Positions 1 to 8,541 of a stretch of 64,000 nt of DNA are shown piece by piece. Origin of the DNA: an uncultured archaeon (GTDB lineage: Archaea; Iainarchaeota; Iainarchaeia; Iainarchaeales; 1-14-0-10-31-34); the NCBI GenBank assembly GCA_964442255.1, contig CAYTYC010000004.1, forward strand, positions 1,416 through 65,415. Reading direction: 5' to 3'. A model generated the notes under the pieces. It searched no databases. It saw only the letters and a list, made by a program, of their open reading frames with translations, and had not been told where the DNA came from. A program made the translations under genes and the position numbers. Position 1 is the stretch's first letter. Each line of letters starts with the position of its first letter.

Positions 1-293
1 AGCCGTATTCCTGGTCGGTGTTGGTGATTGTCACGTAAAGGTAGTTTCCCCCGCAGGAGTTTTCTTCATCATGCCCCTCCAAAGTTACGGGCCCTGAAAC
101 ACTTAAATCGTATCCCCCGTTCCCGCAGGGACTGCTGCAGCAGTACTCTTCATCCAATGAGCTGAGCAGTGTTCCATTGCATTCGCCCTCTTCGCAGCCA
201 AAGCCTTCCTGTTCCTGGCAGGTTTTAAGCAGGCATTTTCCGTCAATGCATTTCTCGTTTTCCTTGCATTCCATTCCCTCGCAGGAGTGCACC

Positions 294-407
294 ATTTTTG
301 TCGTGCAGTTAAGCGGGCAGCACCTGTTGGATTTACGATTGCCGAGATTACCGAGATTATGTAGACAAAATTTTTGTCGTGCAGTTAAGCGGGCAGCACC
401 TGTTGGA
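294..407. repeat. 38-bp exact direct repeat separated by a 38-bp foreign insert
   Basis: ATTTTTGTCGTGCAGTTAAGCGGGCAGCACCTGTTGGA at 294-331 and 370-407; spacer 332-369 contains a CCGAGATTA tandem. Confidence 0.95.
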
Positions 408-780
408 GTCCAGGGAATTAATGTATGCCCCGGTGCAGTATTCTTCCGCTGAACAGATTTCCCCTTCCCTTTCCCCGCATGTTTCAGGGTTTTTTACGCA
501 CGGCCCGGAACAGCATTGGTTGGTGTCAGAGGCGGAAATAAAGTTTTCCGGGCAGTAATTTGCCCCGGTGCAAATTATTCCCCCTTTCCCGGAGCACGTT
601 TTTTCCTTAAAGCATTCCCCGAGGCAGCAGCGAATTGAATCGCTTGTGGCGATTGTGCCTGACTTGCAGCCTGTTTGGCAGATCTTTCCCCCGATTTCAG
701 TGCAGCTCCGTGCGGGGCAGTCCCAGTCAATTGACGCGGTGCAGTTTTTCGGACAGTAATCATCTCCGTTCACGCATTTA

Positions 781-880
781 GAAACCCCTTCCGGGAACCC
801 CGCCTGTTTCAATGGGCGGATGAGGGGTTTTTGCAGGCCGTTTACGGGAAAAAAACCCGGCGGGTTTTAATCCGCCGTAG
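781..880. mobile_element. Small non-autonomous hairpin element, family A, copy 1
   Basis: Interrupts a reading frame; flanked by TTTA(G) direct repeats (777-781, 881-885); homologous to 16366-16470; GC-rich stem-loops; no terminal inverted repeats. Confidence 0.8.
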
Positions 881-1137
881 TTTAGTTGTAAGGGTGTTGG
901 AGCATTTTTTTGGGGTTCCACTGCACAAGTCTATTGTTGCCTTGTTTTGGTCGTTGCAGTCCGAATTTTTTTTGCATTCATCCAGGTCAGCCGGCTCTTG
1001 CCCCGGGTTCCCGTTTTCCTGTTCCGTGCACCCAAAAAAAGAAGCAATCCAATCAGGCAAAATGCCGCGGCAATTTTCCTTTCCATTTCGGTTTAATAAA
1101 ACGTTTTTTTTTTTTGCTTAATAAGCCTTTTGCTTAA

Positions 1138-1210
1138 AGCCTCTGGCGAGATTTGAACTCGCGGCCTTCCGGTTACAAGCCGGATGCTCTGACCACTAAG
1201 CTACAGAGGC
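1138..1210 (-). tRNA. tRNA-Thr(TGT)
   Basis: Reverse complement folds as cloverleaf: acceptor GCCTCTG/CAGAGGC, anticodon arm TCCGG-CTTGTAA-CCGGA, T-loop GTTCAAATC. Confidence 0.95.
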
Positions 1211-1302
1211 ATTAATATTTAACTTTCCGGGGAAAAGCCTTTAAATTTCTGCTTCAGAAAAAAAAAGCGTTAAAAGACCTTTCCTCCTTCAACCTTTTTA
1301 CC

Positions 1303-1932
1303 ATGCCTTTTGAATGCAGGAACTGCGCGGAATGCTGTAAACGGTATTACATAACCCTTTTGCCGGGGGAGGCAGCAAAGCAAAGCGAATTCCTTGGAAT
1401 CCCCTTAAAGGAGTTTGTTTCCCGGCACACGCAGCTTTACGTCCAGTTTTTTCCTTTTCCTTTCTCGAAAAAAAAGCTTTTAATCCACCGGAGAATGGTG
1501 CCAAAAAAGTTTATCTCCAAAATTGACGCCCAATTGGGGGAAATGCACGAGCATTTTTTGGTTTTGCCTTCCATTGCCCTCAAAAAAAACGGCGTCTGCG
1601 CTTTCCTTGAGGGAAAAAAGTGCCTGATCCATGAGGTCAAGCCCGCGCAATGCGGGCTTTTTCCCTTTATTTTCATGGAACCCGGAAAGGATTTGCTGGA
1701 ATTGTATCCCTTTTGCCTAGGGCTTAAGGAAGGCGGGAAAAGGGAGAACGCCTTGCAGGAGTCCCGCGCGCATTACCTGAAAATAAAGGATTACTTTGAT
1801 TCCGTGCGCGAAAAGGGCTTTACTTCACTGTGGAAAGAAATTCCTGATGACGGGATTGCCGCGCTGGACTCCAAGCTTCTTGGAGGAATTTCAAAAAAAG
1901 AGTTCTTTAAGCTGATTGCGCCCTATAAATGA
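1303..1932 (+). CDS. YkgJ-family (CxxCxxCC) Cys-cluster protein
   Basis: N-terminal CRNCAECC plus C-x-FL...C-x-IH..KP..C..FPF. Confidence 0.85.
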   Translation: MPFECRNCAECCKRYYITLLPGEAAKQSEFLGIPLKEFVSRHTQLYVQFFPFPFSKKKLLIHRRMVPKKFISKIDAQLGEMHEHFLVLPSIALKKNGVCAFLEGKKCLIHEVKPAQCGLFPFIFMEPGKDLLELYPFCLGLKEGGKRENALQESRAHYLKIKDYFDSVREKGFTSLWKEIPDDGIAALDSKLLGGISKKEFFKLIAPYK

Positions 1933-1933
1933 C

Positions 1934-2635
1934 TCAAACCTTAAGCAGCCCGTTTAAGTGCAGGAGCTGCAGGGCCTGCACGAATTTTTCCGTTCCTTCC
2001 GAGTTTTCAAATTTTTTTTTCCTGTATTCAATGAATTCTTCCATCAGCGCAGCCGCTTTTTCTTCCACCGCCTCTTTTTTTAGTCCGGCTTCCTCAACCG
2101 CAACCCGAAAGTTTTTGCTTTCGCCCAGACCTGAAGCCAAAACAGTTTCCTTTTTTTCTTCCGCGCTTTCAATCATTTCCTGCGCAATTTCATATGATTC
2201 CTCGCGCGCAAGCAATGCGTTCGCGTTTCCTTCCGTTGCATACTTTAAAAGCACAAAGTATGCGGCCTCCTTTTTTGCCAGTTCATCCAATTCTGTTTCT
2301 GAACCGCTTGCCCTGATTTTTTCCAGTGTAACCGTTTCCTTTCCTTTAATCCACTCCAAGTCCTGGATAAAGGATTCATAAACTTTTTTCAGCAGCTCCA
2401 TTCTTTCCTTTTGATTTCCTTTCAATCCGCTTGAATCCATCTCATTTAACGCCTGCTTTGCTTCATTTAAATTGTTTTCCAGCTCTTGATGCGTTTTTTC
2501 CGCAAAGCTTTTGTAGTGCTGAATTTTTGAGCCGTTTTCCGCTGTAAACGGGTTCAATAAAACTATTCCAATTCCGGCCGCCACTACAATAAAAACCCCC
2601 AAAAAAACCAGTTTTCCTTCTTTAGTCGGTTCCAT
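1934..2635 (-). CDS. Membrane-anchored coiled-coil hypothetical protein
   Basis: 233-aa ORF, N-terminal TM helix, E/K-rich helical body, overlaps upstream gene. Confidence 0.75.
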   Translation of the reverse strand: MEPTKEGKLVFLGVFIVVAAGIGIVLLNPFTAENGSKIQHYKSFAEKTHQELENNLNEAKQALNEMDSSGLKGNQKERMELLKKVYESFIQDLEWIKGKETVTLEKIRASGSETELDELAKKEAAYFVLLKYATEGNANALLAREESYEIAQEMIESAEEKKETVLASGLGESKNFRVAVEEAGLKKEAVEEKAAALMEEFIEYRKKKFENSEGTEKFVQALQLLHLNGLLKV

Positions 2636-3197
2636 TTAGCACCATTTTTTCCTTTACTTCTTCCAGGTTTGCTTCCGTGTCCTTGCATCCGTCCTTTAAC
2701 AGCATTACCCCCTGTGCGGGAACGCCGTATTCAGCCATCTTGCTGAAACCCAAATTCACTTCGTCCTTGCACGCCAGCCCCAAGACTGCTTTGGGTTTGT
2801 ATTTTTCAGCGAGCTTTGCGAGCATGCTTCCCCCGGGAACAATGAACACGTGCCCGTAGCCCAGCTTTTTTGCCTCGTTTCTCATTATTTCAACTGGGCA
2901 GTTTTTGCATGCCGCGGTTTTCCTGCATTCAATTCCTTCTTCTCCGGGTCTTGCCTTGCATCCCTTGGGCTTTTTAAGGCAGTGGGGAAGGAAGAGCATG
3001 CGGTCCTTGAAGGGAACGCGCTTGAATTTGGCTTCATTCAGTTTGTTTCTGAGTTCAATGTGCGTGTAGGAAACAAGCCTGTCGCTTAAGCCCAGTTCTT
3101 TGCCTATTCTTTGCGCGGCGTTTGCCGCGTTTATGTGCGCGCCGGAGTCAATTAGTGAACTGACCGAGTCCCGTATTTGGTCGTAAATGGAGCCCAT
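2622..3197 (-). CDS. DUF116-family protein
   Basis: LFLPHCL...C...C..C, FIVPGGS, GLAC, and GCKDT motifs typical of DUF116. Confidence 0.85.
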   Translation of the reverse strand: MGSIYDQIRDSVSSLIDSGAHINAANAAQRIGKELGLSDRLVSYTHIELRNKLNEAKFKRVPFKDRMLFLPHCLKKPKGCKARPGEEGIECRKTAACKNCPVEIMRNEAKKLGYGHVFIVPGGSMLAKLAEKYKPKAVLGLACKDEVNLGFSKMAEYGVPAQGVMLLKDGCKDTEANLEEVKEKMVLNGTD

Positions 3198-3257
3198 ATT
3201 TAACCCTGTCCATGGAACACTTTTAAAAAGGTTTTCAGCCCCATTTTCTGCGAGAGC

Positions 3258-3599
3258 ATGATTTTCATTGGAAAGGTTTTGAAGGTTTTGAAGCCTGACT
3301 CAAAGGACGTGGAGTCCTTTGACAAAACCGTGCAGGTTTTTTGCCACATGTTTGACGGAAACAGCGTTTTTTTGGACGTGCAGCCCTCGCTTTCGGATAA
3401 GGTGAAGCCCGGGGACTTTGTTTTGGCGCGTTACCCTTACCAGAACGAGCCCTTCATAATAAAAATCTTAAAAGGCAAATCCGGCTCGGAGCTTTTCAAC
3501 AAAATGTCTGATTCCCTGAAAAAAAAGCGTGAACAGCAGCAGGCCCAGAAAAGGGCAGCCGCTCCTGTAATGGATTTCCAGAATCCGATGATTCGCTAG
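3258..3599 (+). CDS. Hypothetical protein (possible OB-like fold)
   Basis: 113-aa ORF divergent from DUF116, TTTTAAAA element upstream. Confidence 0.7.
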   Translation: MIFIGKVLKVLKPDSKDVESFDKTVQVFCHMFDGNSVFLDVQPSLSDKVKPGDFVLARYPYQNEPFIIKILKGKSGSELFNKMSDSLKKKREQQQAQKRAAAPVMDFQNPMIR

Positions 3600-3746
3600 T
3601 TACTGGCTTTTTTCTTTTCCTTTTTTTATTGCGTAATAGCCGAATATTGCAAGCAGTGCCGCGTAAAACGAATTCATTAACGCGAAAACAATAAAGATTG
3701 CGCCAGTAATAACCATCATTTTCTTTTTCGTTTCAGTTGAAACCAT
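3600..3746 (-). CDS. Small membrane protein (48 aa, not in ORF track)
   Basis: Manual translation MVSTETKKKMMVITGAIFIVFALMNSFYAALLAIFGYYAIKKGKEKSQ*; hydrophobic core with basic ends. Confidence 0.65.
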   Translation of the reverse strand: MVSTETKKKMMVITGAIFIVFALMNSFYAALLAIFGYYAIKKGKEKSQ

Positions 3747-3791
3747 GCCAAAAAATAGTGTTTTCTGGTATTTAAGGCTTCCGAATCAGCT

Positions 3792-3898
3792 GGCTCTGTA
3801 GAAATAATTTATAAAGGCAGTTTTTCAGTCTCATAAACTGCAAGCATTTGGCAATTAAACGCGTTTCAAATCCCAAAAATTCACATTTCTACCCCGCC
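3792..3898. mobile_element. MITE with 14-bp TIRs and 9-bp target-site duplication (IS5/IS903-group-like ends)
   Basis: TSD GAATCAGCT at 3783-3791 and 3899-3907; left TIR GGCTCTGTAGAAAT, right end reverse complement GGCGGGGTAGAAAT (11/14 match); no ORF. Confidence 0.8.
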
Positions 3899-3924
3899 GA
3901 ATCAGCTCGAAAAAAAGAAAAAAT

Positions 3925-4180
3925 TGCCCCGGCCGGGATTTGAACCCGGGTCACGGCCTATCCCCCCACCTGCAAAACCCATATTTATAAGGGATTGAGC
4001 GTAAGCGAAATCCCTTGACGTATGCGCATGTAAACCGACAGTGGCGGTTTCCCTGAAAATTAAGGGAGGTACCGGAACCATAGGTTCTGATTCCCCCGAA
4101 GGGTATCGGAGGTATCGGAACCACGGAGTGGTTCTGATTTTGAGAGGGCCGTGTGCTTGACCGGACTACACTACCGGGGC
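3925..4180 (-). tRNA. tRNA-Glu(CTC) with 181-nt intron (3960-4140) at 37/38
   Basis: 5' exon GCCCCGGTAGTGTAGTCCGGTCAAGCACACGGCCCTCTCA, 3' exon AGGCCGTGACCCGGGTTCAAATCCCGGCCGGGGCA; relaxed BHB (CUCU/GGGG central helix, CAA and AUA bulges). Confidence 0.85.
3976..4050. repeat. Hairpin element family B, copy 1 (inside tRNA-Glu intron)
   Basis: AACC.CATATTTAT..GGGATT...AATCCCT.GACGTAT....GTAAACCGACAGTGGCGGTTT, shared with 15467-15543. Confidence 0.85.
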
Positions 4181-4235
4181 CTCTAAGAAATGGTTCCGGG
4201 AACGCTTTAAATGGTTTTTGCTTGTGCTTTCTTTA

Positions 4236-4880
4236 ATGAAGTTTAAGGCTGTTTTCTTTGACTTGGACGGAACATTGGTGGACAGCATTCCCTTGCATGC
4301 CTCTTCCTTTCACGAGCTTTTACGCGAATTGGGTTTGGAAATGCCTTTGGAGGAGCTTGTTCCAATGATTGGCCAGACCAGCCAGCAGATGTTTGAGGAA
4401 TTCAATAAAAGAAAGCCGTTGGGTGTGAGCCTGGAAAAATTTTTTGAAATGCGGAGAACTTACTTCAAGAAAGCGATTGGAGAAAAGGACATCACTTTTT
4501 CCCCCGTGTTCGGGGTTTTAAGCGAACTTAAGGGAAAAATTCCTTTGGCGCTTGTAACCAATTCCAGCCATAAAACCACTTTTAAAATAACCACGAATGA
4601 AAGGCTGAGAAGCTTTTTTGACGTGATTGTCACTGCGGGGGACGTGAAAAAACCCAAGCCAAACCCTGAACCCTTTGAGCTTGCCGCCAAAAAACTGGGT
4701 GTTCCGCTTAAGGAATGCGTTTTGGTTGGCGACGCAGTGCAGGACGCGGAGGGCGCAAAAAACGCGGGAATTCCTTTTATTGCCGTGACCACGGGAATCG
4801 CTTCCAAGGAAGAGCTGGAAAAATTCAGGCCTTTCGCTTTAATTGAGTCCCTGGAAGGGCTTATTCCACTTCTACTTTGA
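4236..4880 (+). CDS. HAD-family phosphatase (beta-PGM/Gph-like)
   Basis: FFDLDGT, VTN, KP.PEP, VGD...D motifs; ATG at 4236. Confidence 0.92.
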   Translation: MKFKAVFFDLDGTLVDSIPLHASSFHELLRELGLEMPLEELVPMIGQTSQQMFEEFNKRKPLGVSLEKFFEMRRTYFKKAIGEKDITFSPVFGVLSELKGKIPLALVTNSSHKTTFKITTNERLRSFFDVIVTAGDVKKPKPNPEPFELAAKKLGVPLKECVLVGDAVQDAEGAKNAGIPFIAVTTGIASKEELEKFRPFALIESLEGLIPLLL

Positions 4881-5169
4881 GTCCGCCCCTGATTTTTGCC
4901 GCCCCATTGTAGAACAGTGCCGCTATGCCTGCAAAGATATATGCTGCCGCGCACAGGCAAATAAGGTAAAAAAGCAAGGCAGCCAATGCGCCCGGCAGGT
5001 CAGCCGGAAATGTGAAAACCATTGGAAACTGAACATTTGCAGGTCTTTTGAAGGCCATCACTTGAATCAATGAAAGCACGCCTGTAATTAGCCCATAGAT
5101 TAGCGCCATATAGAAGCCCACCTTTGAGGCAACAAATGGAGGAACCCTTTTGATTTCCCTTTCAACCAT
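4861..5169 (-). CDS. Small two-TM membrane protein (DUF3566-like)
   Basis: EIKRV....KV...G, two TM segments, ending FYN..AK..GGLKVE. Confidence 0.65.
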   Translation of the reverse strand: MVEREIKRVPPFVASKVGFYMALIYGLITGVLSLIQVMAFKRPANVQFPMVFTFPADLPGALAALLFYLICLCAAAYIFAGIAALFYNGAAKIRGGLKVEVE

Positions 5170-5295
5170 GCCAAAGAATACTTTTTTCTTGTTTAAAAAT
5201 CTTTTTCTGCACCCATTATTTGCCCCGAATGAAGAACAGGCTGAGCTTTGAGTTCCGCAAGGAACAATGAAATGGATTATGAGTTCCGAGGGGCT

Positions 5296-5577
5296 TTAAT
5301 TCTTTTTAAGGAACAAGGCGCCTGCGGCCACCACTATTACCCCAAAAACAGCCTTCAAAAAACCGTAAAAGGTGAAAATTCCCGCCAAAACCTGCAGCCC
5401 GGAGAAAACATCAAGTGCGCCTGTTTCCGCGATTGAGCCAAGCGCCTGTATTTCGCTTACCTGCTGCCCAATGAAGCTCCCGAAAAGCCCTCCCGCAAAA
5501 ACGGTCACAAGGCCTTCAACAACAAAAAGCGCCCCAATTAAAACCAATGCAATCCCCAAAAGTTTTTCTTTCTCCAT
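5296..5577 (-). CDS. Small membrane protein
   Basis: 93 aa, two hydrophobic helices, follows DUF4430 gene. Confidence 0.7.
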   Translation of the reverse strand: MEKEKLLGIALVLIGALFVVEGLVTVFAGGLFGSFIGQQVSEIQALGSIAETGALDVFSGLQVLAGIFTFYGFLKAVFGVIVVAAGALFLKKN

Positions 5578-5583
5578 TTTTTT

Positions 5584-5988
5584 TCAGCCCCAGTATTTCA
5601 TTCCCTCTTCAACACTTAACATCCGCCACTTTATTTCAGCGTCTTCCTGGAAAACGTACCTGTCGATTGCCTTGTCCGCAAAGTTTTCGTTCACAAACAG
5701 CGCCCAAAAATGCTTTGAATCGGCTTCCACTCCGTCAATTGATTTCATGAACGCGCCGTAAAGCGATTCACTGTAAATGACATCAAATTTTTCTTTCATT
5801 GCCTGCAGCCCGTTTGAGCCTTTTGGAACCTGCACTGTTTCCTCTTTTACTTCCCCGCCGGCTTCCACTGTCAGCTTTATGGTGACTGTTTCGCCTGAGG
5901 AAGGAACTTCAGTCCCCGGACTTGTACATCCTAACGTCAGTGCGCTTACCGCCATCAACACGAGTAATGCTGACCACTTTGAGTTCAT
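5584..5988 (-). CDS. DUF4430 (transcobalamin-like) lipoprotein
   Basis: Lipobox TLGC; YGAFMKSIDG...FWALFVN...A......D...I.W pattern of DUF4430. Confidence 0.8.
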   Translation of the reverse strand: MNSKWSALLVLMAVSALTLGCTSPGTEVPSSGETVTIKLTVEAGGEVKEETVQVPKGSNGLQAMKEKFDVIYSESLYGAFMKSIDGVEADSKHFWALFVNENFADKAIDRYVFQEDAEIKWRMLSVEEGMKYWG

Positions 5989-6604
5989 TTTCTTCCCTCC
6001 TGAGTTTTAACAGCGGAGCCGCCATTCTCGCGAAAACCGCGTTGCTTCCAATGTGGGCCGCGGAAAAAGGCAGTGAAGCCATAAAATAAAACGGGATTGC
6101 GAGCAGCCCGAACGCGAGCCCTGTTCCAAGCATGAAGCTTCCTGAAATGTTCATCACAATTTCAAAGAAAACCGTTCCCAGCACGCTTAACACAATTAAG
6201 TCCCGGGTTTTTGGTTTCCTTAGTTTTCCAAACACCCCGCCCGCCGCGCCGGGGAGTGCAGCCCCGAGCGCCTGAAAGATTGTCCACGGCCCCTGAAGCC
6301 CCCAGATAAAAAAGTTGGAGATAATGTAGGCCGCCCCGCCCAGCGCGAAGCCTTCTTTTGCGCCCCAAACCATTCCCGCTGCAATAGCCAAAGGAATGAT
6401 GGGCTCAACGGACGGAATCCATTGCGCGGCAACCCTTCCGCTTACAGCCAGTGAAAGCAATCCGAGAAAAACCGCTAAATTCTTTAATTCCCTTTTGCTT
6501 TTTCCTTTCGCGCGTTCTTTCGAGATTTCCTTAAGTATTTCTTCTTTTTCCAGCTGGAGGGCTTCGGTTTGAGCCGTTTTTTGCTTCAGCCTGCTTTCCT
6601 GCAT
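5909..6604 (-). CDS. ECF transporter S component (CbrT-like, putative cobalamin)
   Basis: Multiple TM helices, GR...IPSVEP, SNFF...GPWT.FQ; adjacent to DUF4430 lipoprotein. Confidence 0.75.
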   Translation of the reverse strand: MQESRLKQKTAQTEALQLEKEEILKEISKERAKGKSKRELKNLAVFLGLLSLAVSGRVAAQWIPSVEPIIPLAIAAGMVWGAKEGFALGGAAYIISNFFIWGLQGPWTIFQALGAALPGAAGGVFGKLRKPKTRDLIVLSVLGTVFFEIVMNISGSFMLGTGLAFGLLAIPFYFMASLPFSAAHIGSNAVFARMAAPLLKLRREENELKVVSITRVDGGKRTDVRMYKSGD

Positions 6605-6641
6605 TCTTAAAATATTATGAAAGTAGTTTTATTAAGGGTGA

Positions 6642-6733
6642 TGCCGGTGGAGGGAATTGAACCCTCGACCTCACGATTTCTCCGCTGGAAAGCGTATGAG
6701 TCGTGCACTCTAACCAGGCTGAGCTACACCGGC
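6642..6733 (-). tRNA. tRNA-Met(CAT), elongator type, with 17-nt intron (6678-6694)
   Basis: Acceptor GCCGGTG/CACCGGC, anticodon arm CACGA-CTCATA[intron]A-TCGTG. Confidence 0.9.
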
Positions 6734-6779
6734 TTGCCAAAAAATTACTGGAATGGAACCTTTAAAAAAAGCTGTTCCA

Positions 6780-6950
6780 CAGCCTTTTCAAAAAAGGCTG
6801 GCGAAAAATGGTTTTCGGTTTTTTCAAAAACCATGCAAAACCTTCGGTTTTGCGTGGCCACGTGACGTTGGAAACCTGCAGGTTTCCGACGCGTCGAAAA
6901 ACTGAAAGTTTTTCAACGAGCCTTGCTTCACATGGAGGCTGGCGAAAACC
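6780..6950. repeat. Intergenic array of adjacent stem-loops bounded by a repeated hairpin unit
   Basis: Hairpins at 6835-6853, 6853-6862, 6866-6891, 6892-6918; AGCCTT...AGGCTGGCGAAAA unit at 6781-6807 and 6919-6948. Confidence 0.75.
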
Positions 6951-6955
6951 CAAGT

Positions 6956-7618
6956 TCACACCAGCCTGCTTTTCACCAGGATTTTTTTGTTGTGCAATAC
7001 AACCTTGTCCGCGTAACCCAAAAAAAGCCCTGACTCCAGTACTCCGGGAATGTCCTTGGACTGGTACTCCAGGTCCTCCAAGGAATGGATTTCGTCCACC
7101 GCAACATCAACCAAATAGTTTCCTGACTCGGTTTTCATTATCCTGTCGCCTTCTTTCCGCAGGTGTGTTGAGCCAAGGTTTTCCAATTGAATAATGGTTC
7201 TCTTGTAGCCGAAAGGGGTTATCTCGAAGGGAATTACTCCCCCCAGCCTTTCCGCAAACGCCTTTTCGTCCGCCACAATGATTAAGGTTTCAGCGCTTTG
7301 CGCAACCATTTTGTCCCTCACAAGCGAGTGGGAATCCCTTTTAATGTAATTGAAGTCCCGGTCCACCAAATCCGCGAACTCCACAGCCAAATCGATTTCA
7401 TGCTCGTTCAGTGAAGTTAAAGGCAGTTTGAGTTGCGCCGCAATTGTTGTAATGTTTGCGGAGGTTGGGACGACCTTTAAGTCCAGCCCTTTTTCCTCCT
7501 TATGCAATGCGATTTTTTTCAAAAACTTTTCCCCTAACTCGCTTGACCCTATCCCCAAAACCTGCCCGCCTTTAATGAACCGGGACACGAAATCTTCCAT
7601 TCTTTCCTCGGAAAGCAT
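6956..7618 (-). CDS. rpiA: Ribose-5-phosphate isomerase A homolog with degenerate active-site motifs
   Basis: Overall RpiA layout (V.PTS, P.EI.PF, TESGNYLVD, IPGV.E.GLF), but DGADE>EFADL, KGGG>KRDS, REK>RDK. Confidence 0.8.
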   Translation of the reverse strand: MLSEERMEDFVSRFIKGGQVLGIGSSELGEKFLKKIALHKEEKGLDLKVVPTSANITTIAAQLKLPLTSLNEHEIDLAVEFADLVDRDFNYIKRDSHSLVRDKMVAQSAETLIIVADEKAFAERLGGVIPFEITPFGYKRTIIQLENLGSTHLRKEGDRIMKTESGNYLVDVAVDEIHSLEDLEYQSKDIPGVLESGLFLGYADKVVLHNKKILVKSRLV

Positions 7619-7695
7619 TTTTTTTTACCACTTAAATATAAAGCCTTTCCCTTAATAATTTTTTGCGGCTTAAAGCCGTTTTTCAGGTGATTTTA

Positions 7696-8541
7696 ATGCC
7701 TTTTAAAGCAGAACTCCACTGCCATTCGTTTCACTCGCATGGCACAAAAATCTTTTACGACGGAATTCATTCCCCCAAGCAAATGGTGAAACAGGCAGGC
7801 AACTCGGGTTTGGAGGCAGTTGCATTAACAGACCACAATTCAATTGAAGGGTGGGGCGCGGCAAAAGCCACGGCAAAAAACCTGAACATGGTTTTCATTC
7901 CCGGGGAAGAGGTCAGCTCTTTGGACGGGCACATTCTTGTTTTGGGGTTGAATGAATTCATTTCCCCGCAGCTTTCCGCCGAAGAAACCCTTGACTTAAT
8001 CCGTGAACAGGACGCGGTTGCAATTGCCCCGCACCCTTTTGACATTAAAGGGGACGGAATAGGGAAAAAGTCCCTGCAATGTGGTTTGATTGAATCCTTT
8101 AACCCGTTGAATTTGGACAGGTTAAGCAACTGGAACGCAAAACGCTTTGCAAAAAAGCATTCTTTAATTGAATCGGTTGGCTCGGACGCGCATTCAATGG
8201 AAATGCTTGGCTACAATTTCACTGAATTCAACTGCGAAAAAAGCCTTGACTCCATTCTCTTGGCTTTAAAGAAAGGAGAATTCAAGGTAACAAAAAACTA
8301 CATTCCGTTTAATGTAACCCAAAAATGGGCAATTGAAAAACTCAAGCTTTCTTACCCGCAAACCAAGGAATACATTAACTCTTACTACAGTTTTCCAAAG
8401 AAAATCGTTTCACGCGTCATGCTGGAATTGGTGAGGAAAAGCCCGGGGGACGTGGATTATTTGCTGAAAACCCTTGCATACTTTGGATTGGTGAACGCGT
8501 TTGCCTACTCTTCGTTAAGGCAGTTCAAGCACTGGGTTTAA
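7696..8541 (+). CDS. PHP-domain metal-dependent phosphoesterase
   Basis: ELHCHS, LTDHN, PGEE, GHIL, APHPF, GSDAH motifs; ATG at 7696. Confidence 0.9.
   Translation: MPFKAELHCHSFHSHGTKIFYDGIHSPKQMVKQAGNSGLEAVALTDHNSIEGWGAAKATAKNLNMVFIPGEEVSSLDGHILVLGLNEFISPQLSAEETLDLIREQDAVAIAPHPFDIKGDGIGKKSLQCGLIESFNPLNLDRLSNWNAKRFAKKHSLIESVGSDAHSMEMLGYNFTEFNCEKSLDSILLALKKGEFKVTKNYIPFNVTQKWAIEKLKLSYPQTKEYINSYYSFPKKIVSRVMLELVRKSPGDVDYLLKTLAYFGLVNAFAYSSLRQFKHWV

Larger units (their letters stand above)
1..1086 (-). pseudogene. Disrupted Cys-rich secreted lipoprotein (continues beyond left edge)
   Basis: ATG at 1086 gives MERKIAAAFCLIGLLL; one extra T in the 1034-1040 run joins it to FFGCTEQ (lipobox-like). 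Removing the 104-bp insertion (777-885) joins NTLTTK to CVNGDDYC. Removing the 76-bp duplication/insert (294-407) joins RCCPLNCTTK to MVHSCEGMEC..., open to position 1. Covers ORF pieces 842..1060 and 357..812. Confidence 0.85.

Noticed and set aside
294..407. Mini CRISPR array (38-bp repeat, 38-bp spacer)
   Set aside because: The repeat is in-frame coding sequence of the lipoprotein, there are only two copies, and no leader or cas genes are present.
6605..6641. Cobalamin riboswitch upstream of the ECF S component
   Set aside because: Only 37 bp of AT-rich DNA before tRNA-Met; no B12-box visible.
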